Part shown: positions 1-8,577 of the stretch, in pieces
How positions within the stretch are numbered: the first letter of the stretch is position 1
Layout of the letters: each line of letters opens with the position of its first letter
Virus record (IMG/VR): IMGVR_UViG_2541047907_000004
Coordinates: 1 to 43,411 of that record
From: a virus
Lineage: Duplodnaviria > Heunggongvirae > Uroviricota > Caudoviricetes
Length of the DNA stretch: 43,411 bases
Strand: one strand, 5' to 3'
The notes under the pieces: generated by a model
Databases searched by the model: none
The model's input: only the letters and a program-made list of their open reading frames with translations
What the model was told of the DNA's origin: nothing
Translations under genes and position numbers: made by a program

Positions 1-933
1 ATGGACAACGACAAAATTGATCAACACAGCGACGAAATTGAAGTTGAGAGCGAAGAAAAAGAGCGCGGCAAAAAAATAGAAATAGATGAAGACCGACTCC
101 CCTCCCGGGCGATGGCAATTCATGAGCATATCCGCCAGGATGGTGAAAAAGAGCTGGAACGCGACGCAATGGCGCTACTGTGGTCAGCCATTGCGGCGGG
201 TCTGTCGATGGGCGCTTCGCTACTGGCAAAAGGGATATTTCATGTCGAACTGGAAGGAGTGCCAGGCAGCTTCTTACTGGAGAATCTCGGTTATACCTTT
301 GGTTTTATTATCGTCATTATGGCCCGCCAGCAATTATTTACCGAAAACACCGTGACTGCGGTACTACCCGTCATGCAAAAACCGACAATGAGCAACGTCG
401 GCTTACTTATGCGATTATGGGGCGTCGTGCTGCTGGGTAATATTCTCGGGACAGGTATTGCTGCATGGGCATTTGAATATATGCCTATCTTCAATGAAGA
501 AACTCGCGATGCATTTGTCAAAATCGGCATGGATGTGATGAAGAACACCCCCAGCGAGATGTTTGCCAACGCGATCATTTCCGGCTGGCTGATCGCCACT
601 ATGGTTTGGATGTTTCCTGCTGCGGGTGCGGCAAAGATTGTGGTGATTATATTGATGACCTGGCTTATTGCACTGGGTGACACCACCCACATCGTTGTCG
701 GTTCTGTTGAAATCCTCTATCTGGTGTTTAACGGCACGCTGCACTGGAGCGATTTCATCTGGCCCTTCGCACTACCTACTTTAGCGGGGAACATCTGCGG
801 CGGCACCTTTATCTTCGCGTTAATGAGTCATGCACAGATTCGTAACGACATGAGCAACAAGCGTAAAGCAGAAGCACGCCAAAAAGCAGAACGTGCGGAA
901 AACATTAAGAAAAATGATAAAAACCCAGCATAA
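1..933 (+). CDS. yfdC: Inner membrane protein, formate/nitrite transporter (FNT) family, YfdC-like
   Basis: Complete 310-aa ORF starting at window base 1; hydrophobic multi-TM profile; matches my recollection of E. coli YfdC, which lies immediately upstream of argW. Confidence 0.85.
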   Translation: MDNDKIDQHSDEIEVESEEKERGKKIEIDEDRLPSRAMAIHEHIRQDGEKELERDAMALLWSAIAAGLSMGASLLAKGIFHVELEGVPGSFLLENLGYTFGFIIVIMARQQLFTENTVTAVLPVMQKPTMSNVGLLMRLWGVVLLGNILGTGIAAWAFEYMPIFNEETRDAFVKIGMDVMKNTPSEMFANAIISGWLIATMVWMFPAAGAAKIVVIILMTWLIALGDTTHIVVGSVEILYLVFNGTLHWSDFIWPFALPTLAGNICGGTFIFALMSHAQIRNDMSNKRKAEARQKAERAENIKKNDKNPA

Positions 934-1008
934 ATGGCGAGGGTTTAAGCAATCGAGCGGCAGCGTACTTACCCCGCAGTCCATTAGCGGGTATACTCAT
1001 GCCGCATT

Positions 1009-1083
1009 GTCCTCTTAGTTAAATGGATATAACGAGCCCCTCCTAAGGGCTAATTGCAGGTTCGATTCCTGCAGGGGACACCA
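1009..1083 (+). tRNA. argW: tRNA-Arg (anticodon CCU), argW
   Basis: 75-nt sequence GTCCTCT...CCTGCAGGGGACACCA; acceptor stem GTCCTCT pairs with AGGGGAC; T-loop TTCGATT; anticodon loop cCTCCTAAg gives anticodon CCU; encoded 3' CCA. Confidence 0.95.
1069..1083 (+). repeat. attL core: 15-bp CTGCAGGGGACACCA, the 3' end of argW, repeated exactly at attR
   Basis: Exact 15-bp direct repeat at 1069-1083 and 41708-41722, bracketing all phage genes; integrase adjacent. Confidence 0.75.
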
Positions 1084-1244
1084 TTTATCAGTTCGCTCCC
1101 ATCCGTACCAGTCCGCAAAATCCCCTGAATATCAAGCTTTCCGTAGATTTACAGTTCGTAATGGTTCGCGTCAGATCGTTGACAGCCGCACTCCATGACG
1201 GGTAAAAAGTGGATAAAATAATTTTACCCACCGGATTTTTACCC

Positions 1245-2402
1245 ATGCTCACCGTTAAGCAGATTGAAGCAGCAAAGCCGAAAGAAAAACCATACCGCCT
1301 TCTCGATGGTAATGGCCTGTACCTTTATGTCCCTGTATCAGGGAAAAAGGTATGGCAACTTCGCTACAAGATTGACGGTAAGGAGAAAATCCTGACTGTC
1401 GGAAAATATCCGCTTATGACTTTGCAGGAAGCAAGGGATAAAGCATGGACCGCGAGGAAAGACATCTCGGTTGGCATCGATCCGGTAAAGGCGAAAAAGG
1501 CTTCGTCTAACAACAATTCATTTAGTGCGATTTACAAGGAATGGTACGAGCACAAGAAGCAAGTCTGGTCAGTAGGCTATGCAACTGAACTTGCCAAAAT
1601 GTTTGATGACGACATTTTACCCATCATCGGCGGTCTTGAGATTCAGGATATTGAGCCGATGCAACTGCTGGAAGTAATCCGCAGATTTGAAGATCGCGGT
1701 GCAATGGAGCGAGCCAACAAAGCCCGCAGAAGATGCGGCGAGGTTTTCCGTTACGCTATTGTCACCGGCAGGGCTAAATATAACCCGGCACCTGACCTTG
1801 CTGACGCCATGAAGGGGTACCGCAAGAAGAACTTCCCGTTTCTTCCTGCAGACCAGATCCCGGCATTCAATAAAGCACTAGCAACATTTTCAGGAAGTAT
1901 CGTATCGCTCATTGCCACCAAGGTTTTACGCTACACTGCCCTAAGAACGAAAGAGCTTCGTTCCATGCTATGGAAGAACGTCGATTTTGAAAACAGGATT
2001 ATCACCATCGACGCCAGTGTGATGAAAGGACGCAAAATTCATGTGGTCCCGATGTCAGACCAGGTGGTTGAACTTCTCACTACGTTAAGCTCCATCACCA
2101 AACCAGTATCAGAGTTTGTTTTTGCCGGGCGCAACGATAAGAAGAAGCCAATCTGCGAAAATGCGGTACTGCTTGTGATCAAACAAATCGGCTATGAAGG
2201 TCTGGAAAGCGGTCACGGATTCAGGCATGAATTCAGCACGATTATGAACGAGCACGAATGGCCTGCTGACGCTATTGAAGTGCAACTGGCACATGCCAAC
2301 GGCGGATCTGTGCGTGGGATTTACAACCATGCTCAGTATCTCGATAAGCGCAGAGAAATGATGCAGTGGTGGGCGGATTGGCTTGATGAAAAGGTGGAGT
2401 AA
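1245..2402 (+). CDS. intS: Tyrosine integrase, P4-like family (IntS-like)
   Basis: 385-aa protein from ATG 1245 (MLTVKQIEAAKPKEKPYRLLDGNGLYLYV...), matching my memory of K-12 IntS; the longest ORF begins at GTG 1209; C-terminal catalytic region with conserved R...HxxR...Y pattern; directly downstream of argW. Confidence 0.9.
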   Translation: MLTVKQIEAAKPKEKPYRLLDGNGLYLYVPVSGKKVWQLRYKIDGKEKILTVGKYPLMTLQEARDKAWTARKDISVGIDPVKAKKASSNNNSFSAIYKEWYEHKKQVWSVGYATELAKMFDDDILPIIGGLEIQDIEPMQLLEVIRRFEDRGAMERANKARRRCGEVFRYAIVTGRAKYNPAPDLADAMKGYRKKNFPFLPADQIPAFNKALATFSGSIVSLIATKVLRYTALRTKELRSMLWKNVDFENRIITIDASVMKGRKIHVVPMSDQVVELLTTLSSITKPVSEFVFAGRNDKKKPICENAVLLVIKQIGYEGLESGHGFRHEFSTIMNEHEWPADAIEVQLAHANGGSVRGIYNHAQYLDKRREMMQWWADWLDEKVE

Positions 2403-2432
2403 TCCACCTGAACCACTATCGGAATAACACAA

Positions 2433-2462
2433 AGCCCTGCACTCCAGTGCAAGGCTTATTTA
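2433..2462. terminator. Putative bidirectional intrinsic terminator between convergent intS and tailspike genes
   Basis: Imperfect hairpin agccctgcact/agtgcaaggct flanked by an A-run upstream and tatttatt downstream. Confidence 0.4.
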
Positions 2463-2465
2463 TTG

Positions 2466-4547
2466 TCAATTTATTGATAACATTTGCGCATTTGTCCCAA
2501 TTTTTGCAAATGTTGCAACTTTCCATGATGCGCCAGCAATGTCATTGCCTGAAATTGTAATTATATTGCCATCAGTTCCTGGTGCTTTGTTATTACCGAT
2601 AGTAGTCTTACCATCAATGTTTATTATTGTAATTTTCTGCCCTGGTGAGATGTAACGAAGTCTAGACAGCGTTGTATTCGATGCTTGGCTGATTGTTGCT
2701 TGTGATGTATGGGTTACTACAGGAGCCACACCAGTTATTGTATTAAAAGAACTTCCCGTCCCCCTAAACATTACACCAAAGTATATATTTTGTGTGCATA
2801 TAATCAATCTATCACCAACACCGGGGTATATTAATGATGGATCATACGCCATTTTATAGTTATTTGTTTCATGATATGTATTTTTTAGTAACAACACCTC
2901 AGCGCCAGATCCAGCTTTAACTCGCGGAGGTGTAGAGCAATAAAAATCAGCATATGATAGTAGGTCGAACATATAAGATGTAACTAAACTATTTGGATGT
3001 TCGATATCAACCCCACCTTCAAAGAATATGCTACCTGAACTTGTGCAAAAAGCTGTTCTTGGCTGCTGAGGTGATGAATTTATGTTTCTATATTTAAACG
3101 ATCCCATTACTGTAAGTGCCGCTTCTCCTGAAGACTGAAGACATGCTTGCTTAATTACCCCTTGCTGATTTGCAGTGATGTTTATGATGCCAAACTTGAC
3201 GTCAGTCCCAGCACCAACGCACAATATATTGTATGCACTAGGATCTTGACCAGGACCGGTGAAATTGGCATTGACATCACACACGCAGTTAACAGACCCA
3301 ACTGATCCTGTAGCACCATCTAAGAAATAAGAAATAGAAGAAAGACCAATACCGGATATACTCTCTATTCTAAAACCTGCTGTAGTATGAAGTTTTACTG
3401 GTGAGCACGCCAGAGGAGAGCCATCTACATATATTTCACCACAATAAAAACCCTTACCATGGCCATTTGTGTACAATGCATGACCTTCATGACCTTGCGA
3501 TGCAGTGATGTTTTTGTGATAAATACTACCTATGCGCTGATTATCAAATACAACTCCAAATACCCCGAAATCAACAGTATTAAAAATAGCTTTATCTATT
3601 TTCGCAGACACTCCTGTGAACCACACACCAGCAATAAACCCATAAACATCAATTGTATCTATATAGAACCCTGATACATCTCTATTTTCGTAATAATTCA
3701 TCCAAATTGACGCCCCATAAGATTTCCAGTCTCCAGATGTGACGTATGAATAACCGAGGGTGTTACTGCTTATAACAGCCGTTCTATCACCATTGTACTC
3801 AAACTTCCAGTATCCGAGCATTTTAACACGTGGCGTACGTACCTCAAATACAGGATACCCCCACAGCAATTGCTCAAAGATAGCATTATCAGAAATTAGA
3901 ACCATGTCAGGATTTGGAATTATAATCCACCCAGATATAGTGTATTTTAGATTTCCAAATTCTATTCTCTTTGCACCGCTATTTAGAGCAGCATTAATTG
4001 CTGCCATATCAGCAATGTAATCGCCAACACCAATAGAACCATGTTCTGCAAAGTCGGTAACAGATACTGTTTCTGAGTTTTTATCGTGTTGTGTACGTAG
4101 AACTGAGCCAACGAAAGGTTGCTTAACGCCAAGCATTGCATCACCTTTCGAGTCATCTTCAGCATATACTCCTGTTTGGGATAACTGCTGAAGAAGATTT
4201 GGTCCGAACTGATCAGGGTCATACTTCAGCACATTAGGAAAATAGAACTGCTGCGCACCATATGCATCATAAACAGCCATCGAATGACCTTGCACGGTTA
4301 CAAACTTGGCAATCTGTCCGTTATATACAGGATAACCAGCAGCGTTGATAACTATTGGCTGCGCCACCTGAACATGAGAGCCATCTTCTCGTTCCAGATA
4401 TACAGGGATCTGGTTTTCTGGATTTACCGGGTCAGTGTCAATTTTACCGATATAAATTTTGCCATTGGCAACCGCTTTAAAAGAACGCGCCATAGTGAAG
4501 AGTTGCGATGGCATACTCACTACAACATTGGCTGTAATGTCTGTCAT
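2466..4547 (-). CDS. Tailspike protein: P22 gp9-like N-terminal head-binding domain plus a divergent receptor-binding/enzymatic domain
   Basis: 693 aa; N-terminus [50 protein letters not shown]... closely matches remembered P22 tailspike N-terminus; the remainder is G/S/T/N-rich beta-helix-like and not P22-like. Confidence 0.85.
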   Translation of the reverse strand: MTDITANVVVSMPSQLFTMARSFKAVANGKIYIGKIDTDPVNPENQIPVYLEREDGSHVQVAQPIVINAAGYPVYNGQIAKFVTVQGHSMAVYDAYGAQQFYFPNVLKYDPDQFGPNLLQQLSQTGVYAEDDSKGDAMLGVKQPFVGSVLRTQHDKNSETVSVTDFAEHGSIGVGDYIADMAAINAALNSGAKRIEFGNLKYTISGWIIIPNPDMVLISDNAIFEQLLWGYPVFEVRTPRVKMLGYWKFEYNGDRTAVISSNTLGYSYVTSGDWKSYGASIWMNYYENRDVSGFYIDTIDVYGFIAGVWFTGVSAKIDKAIFNTVDFGVFGVVFDNQRIGSIYHKNITASQGHEGHALYTNGHGKGFYCGEIYVDGSPLACSPVKLHTTAGFRIESISGIGLSSISYFLDGATGSVGSVNCVCDVNANFTGPGQDPSAYNILCVGAGTDVKFGIINITANQQGVIKQACLQSSGEAALTVMGSFKYRNINSSPQQPRTAFCTSSGSIFFEGGVDIEHPNSLVTSYMFDLLSYADFYCSTPPRVKAGSGAEVLLLKNTYHETNNYKMAYDPSLIYPGVGDRLIICTQNIYFGVMFRGTGSSFNTITGVAPVVTHTSQATISQASNTTLSRLRYISPGQKITIINIDGKTTIGNNKAPGTDGNIITISGNDIAGASWKVATFAKIGTNAQMLSIN

Positions 4548-4604
4548 TTAATTTGCTCCAGATACAAGGAATCGCCGCAGCATGGCGACGGTGAATTTTG
4601 GGCA

Positions 4605-4630
4605 TAAAAAAACCCAGCCGAAGCTGGGTC
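4605..4630 (-). terminator. Intrinsic terminator downstream of ant (minus strand)
   Basis: Hairpin cccagc-cgaa-gctggg; on the minus strand it is followed by a T-run (the A-run at 4605-4612 on the plus strand). Confidence 0.5.
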
Positions 4631-4647
4631 GTTGCGTTGGTTATCTG

Positions 4648-5571
4648 TCAGTAGTTATGTACTGAAGGAGGTAATTCTTTATTCTTAAGTCTCATCCATG
4701 CGGAAAGATTCGTTGGTCCGTCTGGCTCATTAATATCAACATCTCGTGTGTGATTGATTAAAACGTCTCTCGCCATTCCGATAACATACGAGAATTCATG
4801 ACCGTAGTCGTAGCATCTGCCGGAATAGTTCGATTGAATTTGTTTTAATGCCGGATACAGTTCGCGGAATAATGCCTGTGAGCGGTTGGCATAATCCCAT
4901 AACCATACAAGGCTGTTTGCTTCTTTTGCAGAAAGCTCGTTTGCCTTCTTCTCTTGTTTGCCGATGAACTCACCTTCAAGTGGAACTCGAGCTGCAAGTG
5001 ACAGTGCTTCTGTAAACTGCTCCTCACTGATTTCTTTGTACGAACATCCAAAATGGGATTTCAGTGACGACCACATGGTGATCATCGCCTTCGCCTGTTT
5101 TTCTTTTGGCAGAGACTGACCGCGACTCATGACGAGTTGTTTAATGGTTTCCTGCTGTTCAGTGGTGATTTTACCCGGCAACGCCTTTTTAGCTTTGCGC
5201 GGGTTAACTACATGGCCTTTAGTCCAGTATTCGTAGAGCACATCGTCACACTCTTCCTGATACTGGATTACCTTGTCGCGGATTTCAGGGCGGACTTTGT
5301 TAGGGCTGATGGTTTGCAGCCAGCCATTCAGTTTACGTAAAGCAAGGCAAATCATGGTCTGCACACCGCCAACTGAAGGTATTGCGATTTCCACAATACC
5401 TTTAGCAAATCTTTGTTTTAACTTTGTAAACTGTGAAGCCCAATCCATACCCATACCTTCAACGATAGGTTTCATTGGGGTGTACGGCTCACCGTTGTGA
5501 TTGACAACATAAAGCTCTGCGCCGTGGAATGGTACATTGATAGTAGATACTGCTGTTGCTATACTTTTCAT
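4648..5571 (-). CDS. ant: Antirepressor (Ant-like; AntA N-terminal plus KilAC-like C-terminal organisation)
   Basis: 307-aa ORF immediately downstream of arc and upstream of the tailspike, the position of P22 ant; sequence-level assignment is from gene order and general antirepressor features, not exact recall. Confidence 0.6.
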   Translation of the reverse strand: MKSIATAVSTINVPFHGAELYVVNHNGEPYTPMKPIVEGMGMDWASQFTKLKQRFAKGIVEIAIPSVGGVQTMICLALRKLNGWLQTISPNKVRPEIRDKVIQYQEECDDVLYEYWTKGHVVNPRKAKKALPGKITTEQQETIKQLVMSRGQSLPKEKQAKAMITMWSSLKSHFGCSYKEISEEQFTEALSLAARVPLEGEFIGKQEKKANELSAKEANSLVWLWDYANRSQALFRELYPALKQIQSNYSGRCYDYGHEFSYVIGMARDVLINHTRDVDINEPDGPTNLSAWMRLKNKELPPSVHNY

Positions 5572-5640
5572 GTCGTTAATTCCTATGCGTGGTTTTACGA
5601 TACCGAAGCCCTGACTGTTCCAGCAGTTGGGGCTTCAACT

Positions 5641-5802
5641 TTACGCGCCAATGCGCCCTTCCTTCTTAAAGCTTTCCATTACTCTCTGATAAATCTCAGA
5701 GTTAACAGACCGACCATTCTCTTCCGCCACCTTGCGGACCAAATCCAATACTTCTTTAGGCCACCGCAAATTGAACTGCGGCATTTTGCTCATTCCTTTC
5801 AT
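5641..5802 (-). CDS. arc: Arc repressor (ribbon-helix-helix)
   Basis: 53 aa MKGMSKMPQFNLRWPKEVLDLVRKVAEENGRSVNSEIYQRVMESFKKEGRIGA, essentially the remembered P22 Arc sequence; the ORF-track ORF extends upstream but the Arc start is ATG at 5802. Confidence 0.9.
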   Translation of the reverse strand: MKGMSKMPQFNLRWPKEVLDLVRKVAEENGRSVNSEIYQRVMESFKKEGRIGA

Positions 5803-5818
5803 ATTCACCTCACAATAT

Positions 5819-5865
5819 GGGTCCACCGTGGACCTATTGAGAATATAGTAGAGTGCTTCTATCAT
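5819..5865. promoter_or_regulatory. immI control region: Mnt operator palindrome (gggtccaccgtggacct, 5819-5835) and Arc operator (atagtagagtgcttctatcat, 5845-5865) between divergent arc and mnt
   Basis: Perfect inverted repeat GGTCCACCGTGGACC and the 21-bp ATAGTAGAGTGCTTCTATCAT motif, both matching remembered P22 Omnt and Oarc. Confidence 0.75.
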
Positions 5866-5892
5866 GTCAATACACTAACTTGGAGTGATGGC

Positions 5893-6147
5893 ATGGCTAG
5901 AGATGATCCGCACTTTAACTTCCGTATGCCTATGGAAGTAAGGGAGAAATTAAAATTCAGGGCGGAGGCGAATGGGAGATCAATGAACTCCGAGTTGTTA
6001 CAAATCGTCCAAGATGCTCTATCAAAACCATCGCCTGTGACTGGCTATCGCGACGAAGCTGAACGCTTGGCTGATCAGCAGGCAGAGCAGTTCAAGACTG
6101 TTGTGTTTGAGACACTTAAAAAGATTTATGGCAAGGATGATAAATAA
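5893..6147 (+). CDS. mnt: Mnt repressor (maintenance of lysogeny; ribbon-helix-helix)
   Basis: 84 aa MARDDPHFNFRMPMEVREKLKFRAEANGRSMNSELLQIVQDALSKPSPVTGY..., matching remembered P22 Mnt; divergent from arc. Confidence 0.9.
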   Translation: MARDDPHFNFRMPMEVREKLKFRAEANGRSMNSELLQIVQDALSKPSPVTGYRDEAERLADQQAEQFKTVVFETLKKIYGKDDK

Positions 6148-6683
6148 TGCTGCACACAATTCATTTCTTATGCCCCGTTAACACCGCCACTGTTGGGCAA
6201 CTTCAGAACCACTGTCTCACCGCATTATCTCAAGGCGCAACTGAATTAAATATCCATATATCAAGTCAGGGAGGGGAAACTGCCGCTGGTTTTACTGCGT
6301 ATAACTTTCTTAAGTCACTCCCTGTTGCCGTTAGAACTCACAACATAAGCAATGTTGAATCCATAGCTAATATCGTTTTCCTGGCTGGCTCAGAACGTTT
6401 CGCAAACCCATTATCAAGATTCCTGTTACATCCTCTATTATGGGGCTTTGCCACCCCAGCCGCCGACCATGCCAGATTGAGAGAGTACGGGAAATGCCTC
6501 GATAACGATCTTGATCGCTTCGTTGAGACGTTCAATATCGACATCGGAACCCATATTAGGTGGGCATCCCTGATAGCAGACTCGACCATTTTGGATGCTA
6601 ACAAGGCTCTTGAGCATGGCATAATTAATTCCATAAAAACTGCAAGGCTGGTATCCAATCAGGCAAACTGGTGGGTTGTTTGA
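6147..6683 (+). CDS. ClpP-like (S14 family) serine peptidase-fold protein, translationally coupled to mnt
   Basis: 178 aa; ATG overlaps the mnt stop (TAATG); blocks HISSQGG, ISNVESIANIVFLAG and SRFLLHPLLWG align with ClpP YINSPGG, GQAASMGAFLLTAG and SRVMIHQPLGG (from memory), with Ser and His at triad positions. Confidence 0.6.
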   Translation: MLHTIHFLCPVNTATVGQLQNHCLTALSQGATELNIHISSQGGETAAGFTAYNFLKSLPVAVRTHNISNVESIANIVFLAGSERFANPLSRFLLHPLLWGFATPAADHARLREYGKCLDNDLDRFVETFNIDIGTHIRWASLIADSTILDANKALEHGIINSIKTARLVSNQANWWVV

Positions 6684-6760
6684 TGGGTAAATCATGATTA
6701 CTCCTATGGCCGGAAAGATTCGCATCCTTAAATTTAGTGAGCAAGGATTACCATCACACC

Positions 6761-6946
6761 TCAACAGCTTCCGCGTCCCTGAGTAATTCTGTCGCGGATT
6801 TGCTTCTTACGGTGGTTTAAGCTGGAGAGCTTGGCTTCTGCTTCTGATATTTGCGCATCAAGATCTTTAAGCTCAAGATCTGAAAGTCGCTGGTCAAGCA
6901 GGGTTTGGTTCAACTCAATGTTGTTCAGGCGTTCTTCTATGGTCAT
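6761..6946 (-). CDS. Small coiled-coil protein (61 aa), unknown function
   Basis: ATG preceded by AGGAG RBS; sequence MTIEERLNNIELNQTLLDQRLSDLELKDLDAQISEAEAKL... has heptad-like repeats; convergent with the ClpP-like gene. Confidence 0.4.
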   Translation of the reverse strand: MTIEERLNNIELNQTLLDQRLSDLELKDLDAQISEAEAKLSSLNHRKKQIRDRITQGRGSC

Positions 6947-7087
6947 GATTTCTCCTTGTTGAGGTTGATGTGAAACGATTGATTGTATACGCACTCTTTT
7001 GTTAGCTAGTAGCTTTGCTTAATCGCAAGATAAAGTTTCTGATTAATCCCTAAAAATCAAAAAATAAAGTTAAAACAGGTACATGAT

Positions 7088-7291
7088 ATGGAATGGATCA
7101 TAGGATTTGTTGTTCTTATCTTCATAGCCAGTATGTTTAAACCAAGAAGTTGCGATATCTGTGGTGCTGGATTTAAGAAAAAGTACTTCACATGGACTAT
7201 CGATGGAAAGAAACAGCATCTTTGTCCGTACTGCAACAGTAAAATGGAGAGACGCAACAGCGATAGACGCTTTAAGGATCGATTTGGTTAA
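7088..7291 (+). CDS. Small membrane-anchored zinc-ribbon protein (67 aa), unknown function
   Basis: N-terminal hydrophobic segment IIGFVVLIFIASMF followed by CxxC...CxxC (CDICGAG...CPYCNS); followed by a strong terminator. Confidence 0.45.
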   Translation: MEWIIGFVVLIFIASMFKPRSCDICGAGFKKKYFTWTIDGKKQHLCPYCNSKMERRNSDRRFKDRFG

Positions 7292-7306
7292 CCATTTTAT
7301 CTCCAA

Positions 7307-7337
7307 CAAAAAAACCCACCTGACGGTGGGTTTTATT
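7307..7337. terminator. Bidirectional intrinsic terminator (acccacc-tgac-ggtgggt, A-run upstream, T-run downstream)
   Basis: Perfect 7-bp stem, 4-nt loop, flanked by aaaaaaaa and ttttatt; serves convergent genes 7088-7291 (+) and 7336-7755 (-). Confidence 0.7.
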
Positions 7338-7755
7338 AGTGCTTGTATAGGTTGAACTCTCTATCAAGCCATATAACAAAAAATGTCGATCCAAGACGAT
7401 AACCAACCATGGCTTTCAAATCATCAAATCTAAAAGCCAAGAAATGATCTACGTCTTCCGTTATATGACCGGGGATACCAGCTTTAATTGCACCCCTTGC
7501 AATCTTCTCAAATCCAAGCTTATGCCTACCTTGCTGCTTAATCTCTGCCCATGTTAGTTGACTTAATCTGTATAATTTATCAGCTAAGCCAGCTTTCTCA
7601 TCTTTTTGGCATTTCGTTATGCAGTGAGAGCTTTGGATGTAACAGAATGAAAATTTCGGTTTCTTTTGATCTGAATTCCCCCCTGACTGCGGCCCTAACT
7701 TTAACTTACCTGTAGATTCAGCAGGGGGGATAATCCTTTTAGATTTTCTTGCCAT
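7336..7755 (-). CDS. Unknown 139-aa protein downstream of and coupled to the DUF4065 gene; candidate toxin/effector
   Basis: ATG at 7755 lies 4 nt after the upstream gene's stop; basic N-terminus, C-x6-C-x3-C cluster, beta-rich C-terminus ending ...GYRLGSTFFVIWLDREFNLYKH; the ORF also has an upstream in-frame start at 7830 overlapping the neighbour. Confidence 0.45.
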   Translation of the reverse strand: MARKSKRIIPPAESTGKLKLGPQSGGNSDQKKPKFSFCYIQSSHCITKCQKDEKAGLADKLYRLSQLTWAEIKQQGRHKLGFEKIARGAIKAGIPGHITEDVDHFLAFRFDDLKAMVGYRLGSTFFVIWLDREFNLYKH

Positions 7756-7759
7756 CTCG

Positions 7760-8209
7760 TTAGTTAATCCGAGTTGCAAAGTACTCTGCCATCTCCTTAG
7801 AGCTAATTTCAGAACCACCAACACCCTCAATATAGTTTGATCTCCATGGTGACTCTTCGTGTGTCATGTTCCTCAGTTTCCAGGCAGAAAATTGCCCAAA
7901 AACATCCCAGACTTCTTCTAATAGCTCTAACTGTTCTTCGCTGAATTTTTCAGCATCAAAAGACTCTGGAGAAGGGATAGCTCCATTACCATATTGTTTA
8001 TAACGGCGATAAAGCTCAGGGACAACAGGGCCATGCATCCAAGCTTCCATCTTATTCTGAAAAAGAGGCTCACCAAGCAACGCCAATGAAAACCCCTGAG
8101 CATAGTAAACAAGCTTTTGTAATTTTAAATTAGAGATTGTGTCACCGCTATCCTCGTCACACCGCGACAGGAAGTAGTCGGCGACATCAAAACAAGTAAG
8201 CATGAACAC
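7760..8209 (-). CDS. DUF4065 / Panacea-domain protein (GepA/SocA-like), candidate antitoxin
   Basis: 149 aa; GGAGG RBS 5 nt upstream of ATG; motif block NLKLQKLVYYAQGFSLALLGEPLFQNKMEAWMHGPVVPELYRRYKQYG matches my recollection of the DUF4065 family signature. Confidence 0.65.
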   Translation of the reverse strand: MFMLTCFDVADYFLSRCDEDSGDTISNLKLQKLVYYAQGFSLALLGEPLFQNKMEAWMHGPVVPELYRRYKQYGNGAIPSPESFDAEKFSEEQLELLEEVWDVFGQFSAWKLRNMTHEESPWRSNYIEGVGGSEISSKEMAEYFATRIN

Positions 8210-8577
8210 ACCTCCATCTTGATAGCCACAGCTAAGTATCCAACTATGTCAAATGTCATTTAATACTATAACAAAGCTATCAGCAATCCTTCGGAGGCTA
8301 ACTTACAACCACTTTAGCGACATGTTTAAACCATTACGTTTCACATTTACTGCATTTTCGCCGAAGTTACCTATAAGGTAATGTCACATTTCCTGCAAGT
8401 TTCATGCAATGTTGAAAAGTGAGCTATTCACTTTTCTATGACACTAAACACCAAAAATAGCACTTTTTGCTAAATCATTCGTCCAAGTTGTGGATGGTTT
8501 GTCGTTGACACGTTTTCACACACCACTCCACCAATAAAGTATCATCTGGTATCCTGCTCAAAACTAAGGAGGTTGGT

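Noticed and set aside
1-933. Antisense and alternative-frame ORFs inside yfdC (86-355, 180-440, 291-692, 415-744)
   Set aside because: They overlap a complete conserved membrane protein gene and have no independent support.
5497-5892. The 216-codon plus-strand ORF (5497-6147) as one long protein
   Set aside because: Only the last 84 codons correspond to Mnt; the upstream part overlaps the ant and arc genes and the operator region and has no support.
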